DNA of 64,000 nt from Methylotenera sp. (GCA_030652995.1 JAUSAG010000036.1:12349-76348); one strand, 5' to 3'; positions 40,979 to 52,023 are shown, counted from the first letter of the stretch. The notes: a model not told the origin generated them from the sequence alone. Translations and numbers: made by a program.

Positions 40979-41050
40979 ATGTGGACAAAACCTGCTGCTA
41001 CTGAAATGCGTTTCGGTTTCGAAGTTACAATGTACGTAATGAATAAATAG
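40979..41050 (+). CDS. pqqA: PQQ precursor peptide PqqA
   Basis: MWTKPAATEMRFGFEVTMYVMNK with the ExxxY core; strong AGGAG RBS. Not in the track. Confidence 0.95.
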   Translation: MWTKPAATEMRFGFEVTMYVMNK

Positions 41051-41085
41051 TTTTAAACAAGTAATTGCTTACGTATGCTTAAGTA

Positions 41086-41132
41086 CGTACACATAAAAAA
41101 GGGTGCAATTAGCACCCTTTTTTATGTGTACG
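41086..41132. terminator. Long perfect hairpin terminator after pqqA
   Basis: 21-bp perfect stem CGTACACATAAAAAAGGGTGC-AATTA-GCACCCTTTTTTATGTGTACG. Confidence 0.88.
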
Positions 41133-41310
41133 AAGTTGAGCGAATAAAAAAGCTTAGATTTACCGTCATGGCGTGATTCGTAGCATGATTTTTATTAGCG
41201 CCGGTTTTTAATCTGACTCGGACGTTAGCATTCACTATAGACCGCTAGCTTGCCCGTCTGCTAAAGTAAGGCTAAAATAAACCAAAATAGCATCGACACT
41301 TCGACATATC

Positions 41311-42714
41311 ATGAAAATCGCCCCACTCCCCAATAATGAAGCAGAGCGTTTAGCCGCGCTTAAAAAATATGACATTCTGGACACTGAGCCTGATGCTGCG
41401 CTAGATGCCATGGTGCAATTGGCTTCCTACATTTGCCAAACCCCAATTGCCGCCATTAGCTTGATTGATGAAAACCGCCAATGGTTCAAGGCGATTGCAG
41501 GATTGGACGTGAAGGAAACCCATAGAGACGTCGCCTTCTGCGCGCATGCCATTCTTCAAGATGAAACCATGATTGTGCGTGATGCCCTAGAAGATGAACG
41601 ATTTTTTGATAATCCGCTAGTCACCTCTGATCCGGATATTCGCTTTTATGCCGGCGTGCCGCTCGCCGATGAAGAAGGCGTGCACTTAGGTACCTTGTGT
41701 GTGATTGACCGTGTACCGCGCGACCTGAGTCAAGCGCAATTAGATGCCATCAATGTATTGGCAAAAAACATTATGGCGCACTTAGATTTACGCGCCTCTC
41801 ATAAACTGGCGCGTGAACATATCAATGATCTGCAAATATCGGAGATAATTTTTGATTCAGCCAGCGAGGCCATCGTCGTGACCGATGCCGAAAACCTGAT
41901 TGTGACTGTGAATCCGGCATTCACTAATATGACGGGCTACACTTATCAAGATGTTGTTGGTAAAAACCCTAGTTTTTTAAGCTCTGGGCGGCAGAGTAAG
42001 GCGTTTTATCAAGTGATGTGGCAAAGTTTAAACATCACAGGTCACTGGGATGGAGAATTATGGAATAAACGGAAAAACGGGCAGGAATACGTAGAATGGT
42101 TATCGATCAATGTTATTTTTAATGCCGATGGTAGCAAGCGTTTACATGTGGCTATTTTTTCTGACATTACCGATAAGAAGGCGGCGGATGAGCTGATCTG
42201 GAAGCAAGCCAACTATGACCATTTAACGCAGTTGCCAAACCGCAGTTTGTTTCGTGATCGCCTGGAGCAGGAAATTAAAATGTCGCACCGGTTAAGTCAG
42301 TCTGCGGCGCTACTCTTTATTGATCTTGATCATTTTAAAGAAGTGAATGACACCTTGGGGCATGATGCTGGTGACGTACTGCTGGTGCAAGCGGCATACC
42401 GAATCAGCCAATGTGTGCGTGACGCCGACACGGTTGCACGTATGGGCGGTGATGAATTTACCGTTATTTTGTCGCAGCTCGGTGACACCAAGCACGCGGG
42501 CAAGGTCGCACAAAATATTATTGAACAGTTATCTCAACCCTTTATCATTAGTGGGACTACGTTAAATATCTCCGCTAGTATTGGCATTGCCTTTTGCGCT
42601 CAAGATGGCAAAAGTGTGGAGCAGTTGCTAAAAAATGCGGACAAGTCGATGTATGTAGCAAAGGCTGCGGGGCGTGGGCGCTTTAATTATTTTACGACAG
42701 ATCCCGTTAGCTGA
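41311..42714 (+). CDS. GAF-PAS-GGDEF diguanylate cyclase
   Basis: GAF (FCAHAIL, RFYAGVPL), PAS (VNPAFTNMTGY), GGDEF with an RxxD I-site; no EAL domain. Confidence 0.92.
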   Translation: MKIAPLPNNEAERLAALKKYDILDTEPDAALDAMVQLASYICQTPIAAISLIDENRQWFKAIAGLDVKETHRDVAFCAHAILQDETMIVRDALEDERFFDNPLVTSDPDIRFYAGVPLADEEGVHLGTLCVIDRVPRDLSQAQLDAINVLAKNIMAHLDLRASHKLAREHINDLQISEIIFDSASEAIVVTDAENLIVTVNPAFTNMTGYTYQDVVGKNPSFLSSGRQSKAFYQVMWQSLNITGHWDGELWNKRKNGQEYVEWLSINVIFNADGSKRLHVAIFSDITDKKAADELIWKQANYDHLTQLPNRSLFRDRLEQEIKMSHRLSQSAALLFIDLDHFKEVNDTLGHDAGDVLLVQAAYRISQCVRDADTVARMGGDEFTVILSQLGDTKHAGKVAQNIIEQLSQPFIISGTTLNISASIGIAFCAQDGKSVEQLLKNADKSMYVAKAAGRGRFNYFTTDPVS

Positions 42715-42847
42715 TTTTGCGTGAATAGGGTGTTACTGGCTATTTCGCGCAAGCAATAGCGCTGTTACAGAGTGATAGATGACTGCCATTATTTTAGAGA
42801 TACGTTATCATTGAACATAAAAGTGTGAAACACGTAAGTTAACGTCA

Positions 42848-44134
42848 TCACTTCAGCACAAACTCTTTTGGCAACAACACCCAGATTTTACCTAACTGCT
42901 TCATGGCGCCTGCCTTTGAGCCCGCATCAACCCCAGTGCCCCAAAAAAAGTCAGCCCGCACACCGCCTTTAATGGCGCCACCTGTGTCTTGCGCCATCAT
43001 TAGTCGTTTTAAAGGTTTATTGGTATTGGGTTCGGTAGTAGATAAAAATACCGGCGCTCCTAAGGGTACGAATTTAGGGTCAACCGCAACACTGCGTCCT
43101 CCTAAAACAGGCACACCAAGTGCACCTAGTGGACCTGGCAGGCCTGCTGGTAGCTCCCTAAAGAATACATAACTTGGATTATTGTTGAGTAACTCACGTA
43201 ATTTATCTAAATTATTACGCGCCCAGTTTTTAATGCCCTGCATGGAGGCCTGCGCCAGCGTCAACTCCCCACGCTCAATCAGCAAACGGCCGATTGAATT
43301 ATAAGTATGACCATTTTGATTGGCATAACCTACATGTACTTGCTCGCCATTTTCTAACTGCACCAAGCCTGAACCTTGAATTTGCAAGAAAAAAACATCA
43401 ATAATGTCATCAATATAAATAAATTCTTGCCCTTTAACTGGAGAATCTTCGGTTTCTATTTCGGCTCGATTGTAATAAGGCACTAATTTATTGCCGACTA
43501 ATCGTCCGCGCACGCGTTTGAACTTTAATTCAGGAAATAACGTGTCTAGTTCAACCGTTATTAAATCATTAGGGCTTGAATACAGCGGGTAAGGATATTG
43601 TGCAGACTGGGTGCGACTGCCTTTTAACAGTGGCTGATAATAGCCTGTAATCAACCCATTATCTGAACCATCAACATTGGTTGTTTTGTACACTGAAAAA
43701 TACTGTTTAAAGTAAGCCTGTACTGCATTTTTACTGGGTTTGCTTGTTGTTTGACTATTTAACTGCAACGCAGCATTGCATGCTTTTTGCCACGTAGGTT
43801 TATTCACCAAGGTCGAACAGCTTTGCATCCACGCCGGCCATGCCAGACTCAAATTGTCTGTTTGCAATCCATCGATTTCATCCCATTGCGTGGGCTTGAG
43901 CAGGCTGTAATCCGTAAGCTTAGCGAGCTCTTTGGCGGCGTCGGGTAGCCTTGGCTCGACCGGCTTTTCAGCATCTGTGATTTGAACCGGCGGCTTTTCA
44001 ATGACACAGTCACATTTGGCTAACGGTGGAGCAGGTGGTGGGATTGGTGTGTGGGATTTAATATTTTTATCTGCACATGCCACCATGGTCATGGTGGTCA
44101 ATATAAGTAAGGCATGTTGCGTAATTTTTTTCAT
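42848..44134 (-). CDS. mltA: Membrane-bound lytic murein transglycosylase A
   Basis: Lipobox MVAC, TGYYQP, FFLQIQGSG, NPSYVFF and AQDTGGAIKG..RADFFWG motifs. Confidence 0.95.
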   Translation of the reverse strand: MKKITQHALLILTTMTMVACADKNIKSHTPIPPPAPPLAKCDCVIEKPPVQITDAEKPVEPRLPDAAKELAKLTDYSLLKPTQWDEIDGLQTDNLSLAWPAWMQSCSTLVNKPTWQKACNAALQLNSQTTSKPSKNAVQAYFKQYFSVYKTTNVDGSDNGLITGYYQPLLKGSRTQSAQYPYPLYSSPNDLITVELDTLFPELKFKRVRGRLVGNKLVPYYNRAEIETEDSPVKGQEFIYIDDIIDVFFLQIQGSGLVQLENGEQVHVGYANQNGHTYNSIGRLLIERGELTLAQASMQGIKNWARNNLDKLRELLNNNPSYVFFRELPAGLPGPLGALGVPVLGGRSVAVDPKFVPLGAPVFLSTTEPNTNKPLKRLMMAQDTGGAIKGGVRADFFWGTGVDAGSKAGAMKQLGKIWVLLPKEFVLK

Positions 44135-44224
44135 AATTTTTAGTAAAACATTAGTCGCGAAGCGCCAAGGTAGCGCATAATTTGAACGTTGAGACTCTTT
44201 AAAACATTTAGTTTAAAAAATTGC

Positions 44225-44409
44225 CCACGAAATCCACTAACTACACGAACAAATTAACCCCCCCTATGCGACTGAATATAAACCTGATGGATGGGCCGTA
44301 TATTTAGTTTAAGTTGTCGTTTTATTTTTAGACTTTTACTGTACGTATTTGCCAGTTTACTGGTTTATTGCGGCTTATCATTTTTTTCTGGTTCGTGTTT
44401 TTAGTGGAT
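44225..44409. repeat. Second inverted-repeat element of the CCACGAAA/CACGAA type
   Basis: ATCCACTAACTACACGAAC (44232-44250) and GTTCGTGTTTTTAGTGGAT (44391-44409) match at 17/19 as inverted arms; 140-bp spacer; the left arm is preceded by CCACGAAA. Confidence 0.55.
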
Positions 44410-44426
44410 CAAAGCCATTTTCAAGT

Positions 44427-44810
44427 TTAGTGCAGTACCCTAGGCATCACCAGAGAAAATGCTGGAATTACTGCATCAAACTGCACGCCATCTTCTGCCA
44501 CCATTTGATAAGTTCCCTTCATTTCACCCATTGGCGTGTTAATGAGCGTGCCACTGGTATATTCAAACTGCGCAGACGGCTTTAATAAAGGCTGCGCACC
44601 CACTACACCTAAACCTTTTATTTCTTGTTGCTCACCATTAGCTTCGGTGATTATCCAATGTCGGCTAATTAACTGGGCGGCAACACTTCCTGTATTGGTG
44701 ATGGTCACATGGTAAGCAAACGCGTAGCGATTGTGCTCAATATCTGATTGTTCGGCAATAAAGGTGACTTCTACCTTTACCGTACATTCGTAGTGTTTAG
44801 CGCTAGTCAT
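44427..44810 (-). CDS. apaG: ApaG protein
   Basis: AFAYHVTITN, QLISRHWII, GLGVVGAQP and FEYTSG motifs. Confidence 0.96.
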   Translation of the reverse strand: MTSAKHYECTVKVEVTFIAEQSDIEHNRYAFAYHVTITNTGSVAAQLISRHWIITEANGEQQEIKGLGVVGAQPLLKPSAQFEYTSGTLINTPMGEMKGTYQMVAEDGVQFDAVIPAFSLVMPRVLH

Positions 44811-44831
44811 GAGTGACCACCAATAACGACA

Positions 44832-45614
44832 CTATGCAATTAACCCGCTAGTCGGTGAGCTTGGGCTGGCAGAATAGAGTTTTTTAGGCATGCGTCCCGC
44901 TAAATAAGCATCACGTCCAGCCTCTACTGCTTTTTTCATCGCGCCCGCCATCAAAACAGGGTTACGCGCTGCGGCAATGGCTGTATTCATCAGCACGCCC
45001 TGACAACCCAGTTCCATGGCAATGGCCGCGTCTGACGCTGTGCCAACGCCAGCATCAACCAGCACTGGAATTTTGGCATTTTCAATGATGATTTGCAGAT
45101 TCCACGGGTTTAAAATGCCCATACCAGAGCCAATTAAAGACGCTAACGGCATCACAGCGCAACAGCCAATGTCTTCCAACTGCTTAGCGATAATGGGGTC
45201 ATCAGAGCAATATACCATGACATCAAAACCGTCTTTTACCAAGATTTTTGCGGCGGCAATGGTTTCAATCATATTAGGGTAAAGCGTATTCGGGTCTCCC
45301 AGTACTTCTAATTTCACTAATCTGTGGCCATCTAACAGCTCGCGCGCTAAGCGCAGGGTACGCACTGCATCATCGGCCGAATAGCAGCCTGCGGTATTAG
45401 GTAAATAGGTAAACTGTTCCGGCGGTAAAAAATCTAACAATGACGGCTCGCCCGCGGTTTGTCCGATATTGGTGCGTCGAATGGCTACTGTAACAATCTC
45501 AGCGCCACTGGCATCAATCGCGGCGCGCGTTTGGGCAAAGTCTGCGTACTTTCCCGTGCCTACCAATAAACGTGAGCGATAGGTTTTATCTGCAATTTTT
45601 AATAAGTCTGACAA
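44832..45614 (-). CDS. thiG: Thiazole synthase
   Basis: [21 protein letters not shown] and [10 protein letters not shown] motifs. Confidence 0.97.
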   Translation of the reverse strand: MSDLLKIADKTYRSRLLVGTGKYADFAQTRAAIDASGAEIVTVAIRRTNIGQTAGEPSLLDFLPPEQFTYLPNTAGCYSADDAVRTLRLARELLDGHRLVKLEVLGDPNTLYPNMIETIAAAKILVKDGFDVMVYCSDDPIIAKQLEDIGCCAVMPLASLIGSGMGILNPWNLQIIIENAKIPVLVDAGVGTASDAAIAMELGCQGVLMNTAIAAARNPVLMAGAMKKAVEAGRDAYLAGRMPKKLYSASPSSPTSGLIA

Positions 45615-45671
45615 CTGTTATATCCTTTATTTACTTTATGCCAACTTTAGACGCTTACTTTAAGTTAACGT

Positions 45672-45875
45672 TTAGCCGCCACCGACCGCACCAACAATCT
45701 CCAGTTGATCACCATCGGCCAGCAGTGTAATTTCAAATTTGCTACGCGGAACAATCTCACCATTGAGTTCAATGGCTAAACGTTTACCGCCTAGATCCAG
45801 GTTGTGAACAAGGTTAGCTACATTACAGCTAGCCGCTTCGAAGCTACGTGGTTTTCCATTGATAGTAAGTTGCAT
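45672..45875 (-). CDS. thiS: Sulfur carrier ThiS
   Basis: ELNGEIVPRS and C-terminal EIVGAVGGG. Confidence 0.96.
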   Translation of the reverse strand: MQLTINGKPRSFEAASCNVANLVHNLDLGGKRLAIELNGEIVPRSKFEITLLADGDQLEIVGAVGGG

Positions 45876-46101
45876 GTTGATTAGTAATCATTAAGCCAGC
45901 TGAAATAACCTAGATGGCGCAATAATCCGCGTGATTAATATAGATTAGAAAATATCATTTTACGAAAATAATAGGGTGCTTAGCAAACCTTATATCGATT
46001 ATTTGCACATCGCCAAAGTCTACTTATCCTCCAAAAATCATGAATGCCGTTGTACAATATCTAAAGTTTCATATTTTGAAAGACAATTCAGAAAGCTCAT
46101 C

Positions 46102-46842
46102 ATGAACATTCAAAGCCATATCTCAGACATTAACACACCCACAGGCGTCATGCGCACTTATATCCACCGTCCGGTGGGTGATGGTAAATATCCAACCATT
46201 TTGTTTTATTCTGAAATTTTTCAACAAACAGGACCAATTGAGCGTGCAGCTAAACTAATGGCCAGCCATGGTTATGCCGTATTGGTGCCTGAAGTGTTTC
46301 ACGAACTTAATCCAATTGGCACCATATTAGGTTATGACGACGCGGGACGTGACAAGGGCAATGCAGACAAAGCTGCAAAAGACGTGCAAGGCTATGACAC
46401 TGATAACGCGGCACTCATTGTTTATGCAAAACAACAGGCTTGGTATAACGGCAACATTGGCGCTATGGGATTTTGTATAGGCGGCCATCTGGCGTTTCGT
46501 GCTGCACTGCAAGCAGACGTTAAAGGCACTGCTTGTTTTTATGCAACTGACCTGCATTCACAAGCTATTCCTAATAAACCTGGTCAGCACAGCATGGATA
46601 AGCTTCAGGATATTACAGGTGAGCTACTGATGATTTGGGGTAAGCAAGACCCGCATATTCCAGCGGCAGGGCGTGCAGAGGTTTATAAAAAACTAGGCGA
46701 TGCAAACCTAACGTTTACTTGGCATGAGTTTAATGCGCAGCATGCTTTTATGCGTGACGAAGGTGAGCGATATGATGCGCAAACAGCGATGATTGGTTAT
46801 CAGCTTGCACTGAGCTTGTTTAGCCGCACCTTACATCAGTAA
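46102..46842 (+). CDS. Dienelactone hydrolase family protein
   Basis: YSEIFQ, GFCIGG nucleophile elbow and HAFMRDEG. ATG at 46102 is more plausible than the track start. Confidence 0.9.
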   Translation: MNIQSHISDINTPTGVMRTYIHRPVGDGKYPTILFYSEIFQQTGPIERAAKLMASHGYAVLVPEVFHELNPIGTILGYDDAGRDKGNADKAAKDVQGYDTDNAALIVYAKQQAWYNGNIGAMGFCIGGHLAFRAALQADVKGTACFYATDLHSQAIPNKPGQHSMDKLQDITGELLMIWGKQDPHIPAAGRAEVYKKLGDANLTFTWHEFNAQHAFMRDEGERYDAQTAMIGYQLALSLFSRTLHQ

Positions 46843-46920
46843 CACCAAGGCATCAGTAAGGCTCGGTTATCAACAACGCCAAGCTTTACAATTGATACTC
46901 AAGCGGTTTTGATCCGCATG

Positions 46921-46956
46921 AAATTCAAAAGCCCGCTTTCGCGGGCTTTTGAATTT
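46921..46956. terminator. Bidirectional intrinsic terminator
   Basis: AAATTCAAAAGCCCGC-TTTC-GCGGGCTTTTGAATTT between convergent genes. Confidence 0.88.
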
Positions 46957-46985
46957 TTAACAGATTAGCTTAACTTTAGCTTGGC

Positions 46986-48497
46986 TTACACTTCTAGCTG
47001 AGGACGACCAGCTTCTGGCCAGTCTAAGTGGTAGAACTGGCCGCGTGGCTGATCTTTACGCTCATAGGTGTGTGCGCCAAAGTAGTCACGTTGACCTTGT
47101 AGTAAATTTGCAGGTAAATCTGCACTACGGTAGCCATCGTAATACGCCATTGCAGCAGCAAAGCCCTGTGCTGGAATGCCATTAGTGACTGCCAAGGCAA
47201 TCACTTTACGCCAGCCTGCTTGACCGTCGTTCATTGCTTGCGTGAAGTATGGATCTAACATCAAGTTTTTCAAACGTGAGTTTAACGCATAAGCATCTGT
47301 GATTTTTTGTAAGAAACGTGCACGGATGATGCAACCACCGCGCCAGATTTGTGCAATCTCACCGAAGTTCAATTTCCAATTGTAAGCCACTTGAGCTTTA
47401 TCAATCAGTTGGAAGCCTTGTGCGTAAGCGCAGATTTTTGAGCAATACAATGCATTTTTAATCGCTTCAATAATGGCAGCTTTGTCGGTTTCAACTTTAA
47501 TTGTCGGGCCTTTTAAGATTTTGCTGGCTTCAACACGCTCTTCTTTTAAGCTTGATAATGCACGTGCATAAACCGCAGCGGCAATCGCATTTGCTGGTGC
47601 GCCAAGTTCAAGCGCGTTAGCTGCAGTCCACTGACCTGTACCTTTTTGACCGGCGGTATCTAAAATTTGATCTACCAAGAAGCCTTTAGTCATTGGATCT
47701 TTTTGTTGCAGAATATCGGCAGTAATTTCAATCAGGAAGCTTGATAGCTCACTTTTATTCCATTCTTCAAATACTTTGCCAATTTCGTCCGCTGGCATGC
47801 CAAGCAAGTTTTTCATTAACCAGTAAGCTTCGCAAATCAATTGCATGTCAATGTATTCAATGCCGTTGTGCACCATTTTTACGTAGTGACCAGCACCGTC
47901 TGGGCCGATGTATTCAGCACATGCAAAACCGCCAACAACTGGTTTACCTGGTGTGCCACCTTCCATAGGCTCGCCTGTTACAGCATCCACTTTAGCAGCG
48001 ATGTCGCGCCAAATTGGCTCTAAGCTTGCCCATGCTTTACGGGTGCCAGATGGCATGAGAGATGGACCAAAACGTGCACCTGTTTCGCCGCCTGAAACAC
48101 CTGAACCGATAAACTCAATGCCTTTAGCTGTAAGTTCTTTTTCGCGACGAATAGTATCTGTCCACAATGAGTTGCCGCCATCAATAATGATGTCACCTTG
48201 CTCAAGGAAGGGTAACAAAGCGTTAATGGTAACGTCAGTTGCACTACCAGCTTTAACTAGCAATACAATTTTGCGTGGGCGCTTAATGCTTAATACAAAA
48301 GAAGCTAAATCTGCATGCCCGACTACATTGGCATGTGAAGGCTCATTCTTTTTGCATTCTTCAATAAAATTAGTTGTTTTTTTAGGGTCGCGGTTATAAA
48401 CCGCAATAGTGTAACCGTGATCGGCAATATTTAAGGCTAAATTCTGGCCCATGACAGCTAGGCCAACTAGGCCAATATCAGCATTTCTTGTAGTCAT
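46986..48497 (-). CDS. gnd: 6-phosphogluconate dehydrogenase (decarboxylating)
   Basis: [35 protein letters not shown] and [10 protein letters not shown] motifs. Confidence 0.97.
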   Translation of the reverse strand: MTTRNADIGLVGLAVMGQNLALNIADHGYTIAVYNRDPKKTTNFIEECKKNEPSHANVVGHADLASFVLSIKRPRKIVLLVKAGSATDVTINALLPFLEQGDIIIDGGNSLWTDTIRREKELTAKGIEFIGSGVSGGETGARFGPSLMPSGTRKAWASLEPIWRDIAAKVDAVTGEPMEGGTPGKPVVGGFACAEYIGPDGAGHYVKMVHNGIEYIDMQLICEAYWLMKNLLGMPADEIGKVFEEWNKSELSSFLIEITADILQQKDPMTKGFLVDQILDTAGQKGTGQWTAANALELGAPANAIAAAVYARALSSLKEERVEASKILKGPTIKVETDKAAIIEAIKNALYCSKICAYAQGFQLIDKAQVAYNWKLNFGEIAQIWRGGCIIRARFLQKITDAYALNSRLKNLMLDPYFTQAMNDGQAGWRKVIALAVTNGIPAQGFAAAMAYYDGYRSADLPANLLQGQRDYFGAHTYERKDQPRGQFYHLDWPEAGRPQLEV

Positions 48498-48679
48498 TTA
48501 TCTTCTCTTTTGGAGTTGTTTAATGGAAAGGGTGTTTTTGTGGATAAGATTATAAAACTATTTGGTAGTCTTAATTGCAAAATTTTAAGGTAGGTGCCTT
48601 ATTTATTTAGTAATATTCTTTAGGCAACAAAAAACTTGACCCAAATCAAGGGTGTTGGTGTTATTGCAACGCGATTCAT

Positions 48680-48907
48680 TTAATAGTCACTACTTCTGCC
48701 TGTTGAATATCCTTGAGGAATATCATTTTGCCACTCACCGCAATCTGCACAGCGATGATCATGCATGGTGGGGCTGAGCTCTAAATGCGCGCTACCGCAA
48801 TACTTACAATGCGTAGCATGTAGCTCCGGCGTTTTGTGGTGCTCTGTAGCCACTTTTGTGCTACCTAATCCGTATTTATTGTCCATGGCTGACTCCATTG
48901 TGAACAT
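48680..48907 (-). CDS. Small putative zinc-ribbon protein
   Basis: CKYC...CADC pair of CxxC motifs in a 68-75 aa ORF occupying an otherwise empty region. Confidence 0.6.
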   Translation of the reverse strand: MFTMESAMDNKYGLGSTKVATEHHKTPELHATHCKYCGSAHLELSPTMHDHRCADCGEWQNDIPQGYSTGRSSDY

Positions 48908-49091
48908 AAGCGTGGATTGTTTAAGGTACGCTTTTTTTGTGATATCGGCAATGTTTTTAGTGGCTAATTTAAGGGTACAAAATTGTATATGCTTAAGGGG
49001 CGGATCAGGTTTTTTTGTTTGTTTTGCTTATTCCACAATGTGGTTAAGGTCGAGGCTGTATTTAACGACATGCGTTATGCGTGGCGGTTGT

Positions 49092-51953
49092 TTATAATAA
49101 GCCTTGCGTCCAGCTTGCATTTGGCTGGTAAGCTTCCACCCAAGCTTGCACTTCAATAGCAGGCATTGGACGCGCAATGCCGTAGCCTTGCACTACAGAG
49201 CAACCCATGCGTAGTAGCCATACTCCTTGCTCAGCAGTTTCCACGCCTTCGGCTACTACCTTACGTTTAAAGTCACGGCTCAAACTAATGACACCGGCCA
49301 CTACCGCTAGGTCATCGGCGTCTAGTAGCATATCGCGTACAAATGACTGGTCAATTTTAATGACTGCAACTGGCAGTCGGCGTAGATAAGTCAATGAAGA
49401 ATATCCCACACCAAAATCATCTAAAGCAAAACTCACGCCTAGAAGTTTACATTTATTGATGGTATGCGCTACGCCTGCCACATCTTCAATCGCTGCGGTT
49501 TCTGTGATTTCCAGCTCGAGTTTTTTTGGTGAAATTTCAGGAAACTCTGCCAATAACAAAGCAAGCCGCTCTGCAAAATTAGCCTGTACCATGTGCAGGG
49601 CAGCGATGTTGACGCTTACTTGAAAATCAAGGCCTGCGTTCAGCCAAATTACCATTTGACGTAAAGCCTCGCTAATCACCCACTCACCCAGCAGGATTGA
49701 GAAATCCGTATTTTCAACAATCGGTAAAAACGTAATGGGTGGGCGCAGGCCTTGTTCCGGGTGTTGCCAGCGAATGAGGGCCTCCATGCCAACAACCTTA
49801 CCTTCACGCAAATCAACTTTGGGTTGATAAAATAAACGAAACTCGCCATTAGGCAGCGCGGCTTCTATTCTTTCGCGGTCTTGGCGTAAGCCACGGAACT
49901 CTCTATCATGATCAGCATCGAAAAGCTGAATGCGACTGCCCCCGCTCACTTTAGCTTGATACATGGCGTGGTCGGCATGGCGCAGTAAAGTGTCGGGTGC
50001 ATTATTGTCAGCAGGAAAAACCGTATAACCAATACTTGAAGAGATGCTGACTTTCTCTCCTGCGATGTCATAGGGCATTTTTATTGTACTGAGTAGACGA
50101 TCTAGTATTTGTTCACATTCACCGATGTCATTTAAGCCACACAGCAACACGGCAAACTCGTCGCCACCAAGTCGCGCCACAGTATCGCCATCGCGCAAAC
50201 ATACGCTCATGCGCACGGCTAATTGCACCAGCAAATAATCACCAGCCTCGTGGCCTAAAGTATCATTGACAGGTTTAAACCCATCAAGGTCAAGGCAGCA
50301 AACCGCTAACACTTCACCAGAGCGTTCTGAGCGCGCTAGCGCCTGTTGCAGGCGGTCTGCTAGCAGGGCGCGGTTAGGTAACTGTGTGAGCGGATCATGA
50401 TAGGCCATGCGTTCTAAATTCTGCTGCTGCTCTTTAGATTCGGTGATGTCTGAAAACAAGCCGACATAATTCGTGATATTTTGTGATTCATCACGTACGG
50501 TAAAAATATCAAGCCAAGCAGCATACACTTGACCATCCACTCGGCGGTTCCATGTTTCCCCTCGCCACTCACCGTCGGAGGCGGAGACCTGCCATAGTTG
50601 CTCAAGCAAGCTTGGGTCATAAGTACAAAACCCCAAGTCCTGTGGCGTATGCCCCATGGCATCAGCATGCAAATAACGTGTAATCTCGCTAAAAGCCGGA
50701 TTAACCTCAATAATGCGTGCCTCTGCATCCGTAATAAAAATACCATCATGGGCATGATCAAACACACTGGCAGACAAGCTCATGCGATCTGCATTATTAC
50801 GCAAGGCTTGCATGGTCTGGCGCAATTTAGTGCGCATTTCCAGTACGTTGGCCATTAAGGTGTTTGGTTTTGCGACTAACTCATCCTGATTTAAATCTCC
50901 AGCAGCAATACGCTGAACAACCTCAATTGCCAATTCAGGGTCGCCGCCAATCGGGTCTAGAATCAAGTGGCGCAATTGCCATAAAATAATGGCAATCAGT
51001 AAGGCGCCAAGCAAGGTTCCGGCAATAATAATAAACCAGGAATTAGCTAAGCCAATGGCACGCGCCTCATTTAATGGATAGGTGACTACAACCTTAAACC
51101 CCCATTTTGGGATATCTTCGGTAACAAATATCCAGTTATCTGGCCGCGCTTGGAGTAGGGTGGCGGCTTTATTTTGTTTGGTATGCGAGGAAAGAAAGCG
51201 TATTTTATTAGATTCATCTAATACCACTGCAAATCCGGTTTTCAGTTGACGCATATTTTCTACGGTGTCGCGTAGCACTTTCATGTCCACTTTATAGCCA
51301 ACATAAAGTGCACCGATGACTTGCTCTTTGTCGTCGAATAAAGGGTCGTAACGAGTGATGTACGGTTCACCTAAAATATCGACAACGCCGTGAAATGGCT
51401 GTCCGCTGCGCAAATGACCAATCACTTTGCCATCAGGGTTGAGTGAGGTGCCCAAGGCGCGCAACCCATTCTTTTGTTTAACATTGGTGGCAACGCGCAC
51501 AAAATTATCGCCGGATTTTACAAATACCGTTGCCGTGCCGCCAAGTAAGTTACTCACGTTATCTACTAAAGAGATGCTGTTCGCGAGTGAGACCTCTCCT
51601 ATTTTGAGGTTGGGGACCAAACGCCCATCGACACTTACCGATCCGTCAATAGCCGGCTTTCCTAAAGCGTCGCTACGTTGTTTTAACAGGTTTGAAGCGG
51701 CGTTGGCTTGCTCGCTCACCAGTTCATCCGTTACATTAAGTAAACGTAACAGCGTCAGCGCCTGCTGGCGAGCGTTGGTTTGGATAATATCTAAGTGCTG
51801 AGCAGTTTGTTGCCCGGTTAATATAAAAGGGGCTGCCGCTAACAAAACTAGCACGGGCAACAGAAAACGCCAGATTGTAGAAAGCTTTTTTTGCATGTTA
51901 GAAATAGGGTGTAACAAGACTAAATTGGAATTCATGCTACCATAATTAGCCAT
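49092..51953 (-). CDS. Cache-PAS-GGDEF-EAL c-di-GMP signalling protein
   Basis: TM, Cache-like periplasmic domain (GGTATVFVKSGDNFVRVATNV, YITRYDP), TM, PAS, GGDEF and EAL. The start may be the ATG at 51896. Confidence 0.92.
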   Translation of the reverse strand: MANYGSMNSNLVLLHPISNMQKKLSTIWRFLLPVLVLLAAAPFILTGQQTAQHLDIIQTNARQQALTLLRLLNVTDELVSEQANAASNLLKQRSDALGKPAIDGSVSVDGRLVPNLKIGEVSLANSISLVDNVSNLLGGTATVFVKSGDNFVRVATNVKQKNGLRALGTSLNPDGKVIGHLRSGQPFHGVVDILGEPYITRYDPLFDDKEQVIGALYVGYKVDMKVLRDTVENMRQLKTGFAVVLDESNKIRFLSSHTKQNKAATLLQARPDNWIFVTEDIPKWGFKVVVTYPLNEARAIGLANSWFIIIAGTLLGALLIAIILWQLRHLILDPIGGDPELAIEVVQRIAAGDLNQDELVAKPNTLMANVLEMRTKLRQTMQALRNNADRMSLSASVFDHAHDGIFITDAEARIIEVNPAFSEITRYLHADAMGHTPQDLGFCTYDPSLLEQLWQVSASDGEWRGETWNRRVDGQVYAAWLDIFTVRDESQNITNYVGLFSDITESKEQQQNLERMAYHDPLTQLPNRALLADRLQQALARSERSGEVLAVCCLDLDGFKPVNDTLGHEAGDYLLVQLAVRMSVCLRDGDTVARLGGDEFAVLLCGLNDIGECEQILDRLLSTIKMPYDIAGEKVSISSSIGYTVFPADNNAPDTLLRHADHAMYQAKVSGGSRIQLFDADHDREFRGLRQDRERIEAALPNGEFRLFYQPKVDLREGKVVGMEALIRWQHPEQGLRPPITFLPIVENTDFSILLGEWVISEALRQMVIWLNAGLDFQVSVNIAALHMVQANFAERLALLLAEFPEISPKKLELEITETAAIEDVAGVAHTINKCKLLGVSFALDDFGVGYSSLTYLRRLPVAVIKIDQSFVRDMLLDADDLAVVAGVISLSRDFKRKVVAEGVETAEQGVWLLRMGCSVVQGYGIARPMPAIEVQAWVEAYQPNASWTQGLL

Positions 51954-52023
51954 TATTAAGGCTGTGATTAGGTTAGCTTAAACTGGCTATTTATCTTATT
52001 AAAATAACTTGGTTAGAGAGTTT

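Noticed and set aside
45876-46101. TPP riboswitch upstream of thiS-thiG
   Set aside because: No CTGAGA/ATACCC/AACCTGA core is visible on the minus strand.
47908-48399. 163-aa ORF antisense to gnd, and other antisense ORFs such as 4548-4964, 18744-19127 and 28639-29022
   Set aside because: They lie entirely opposite well-conserved genes and carry no recognisable motifs, so they are shadow ORFs.
48938-48967. TGTTTTTAGTGG resembling the right arm of the 44.4-kb element
   Set aside because: Only 12 bp match and there is no convincing partner arm.
48765-49097. 110-aa Cys-rich plus-strand ORF
   Set aside because: It overlaps the zinc-ribbon ORF in antisense and has no motif or evident RBS.
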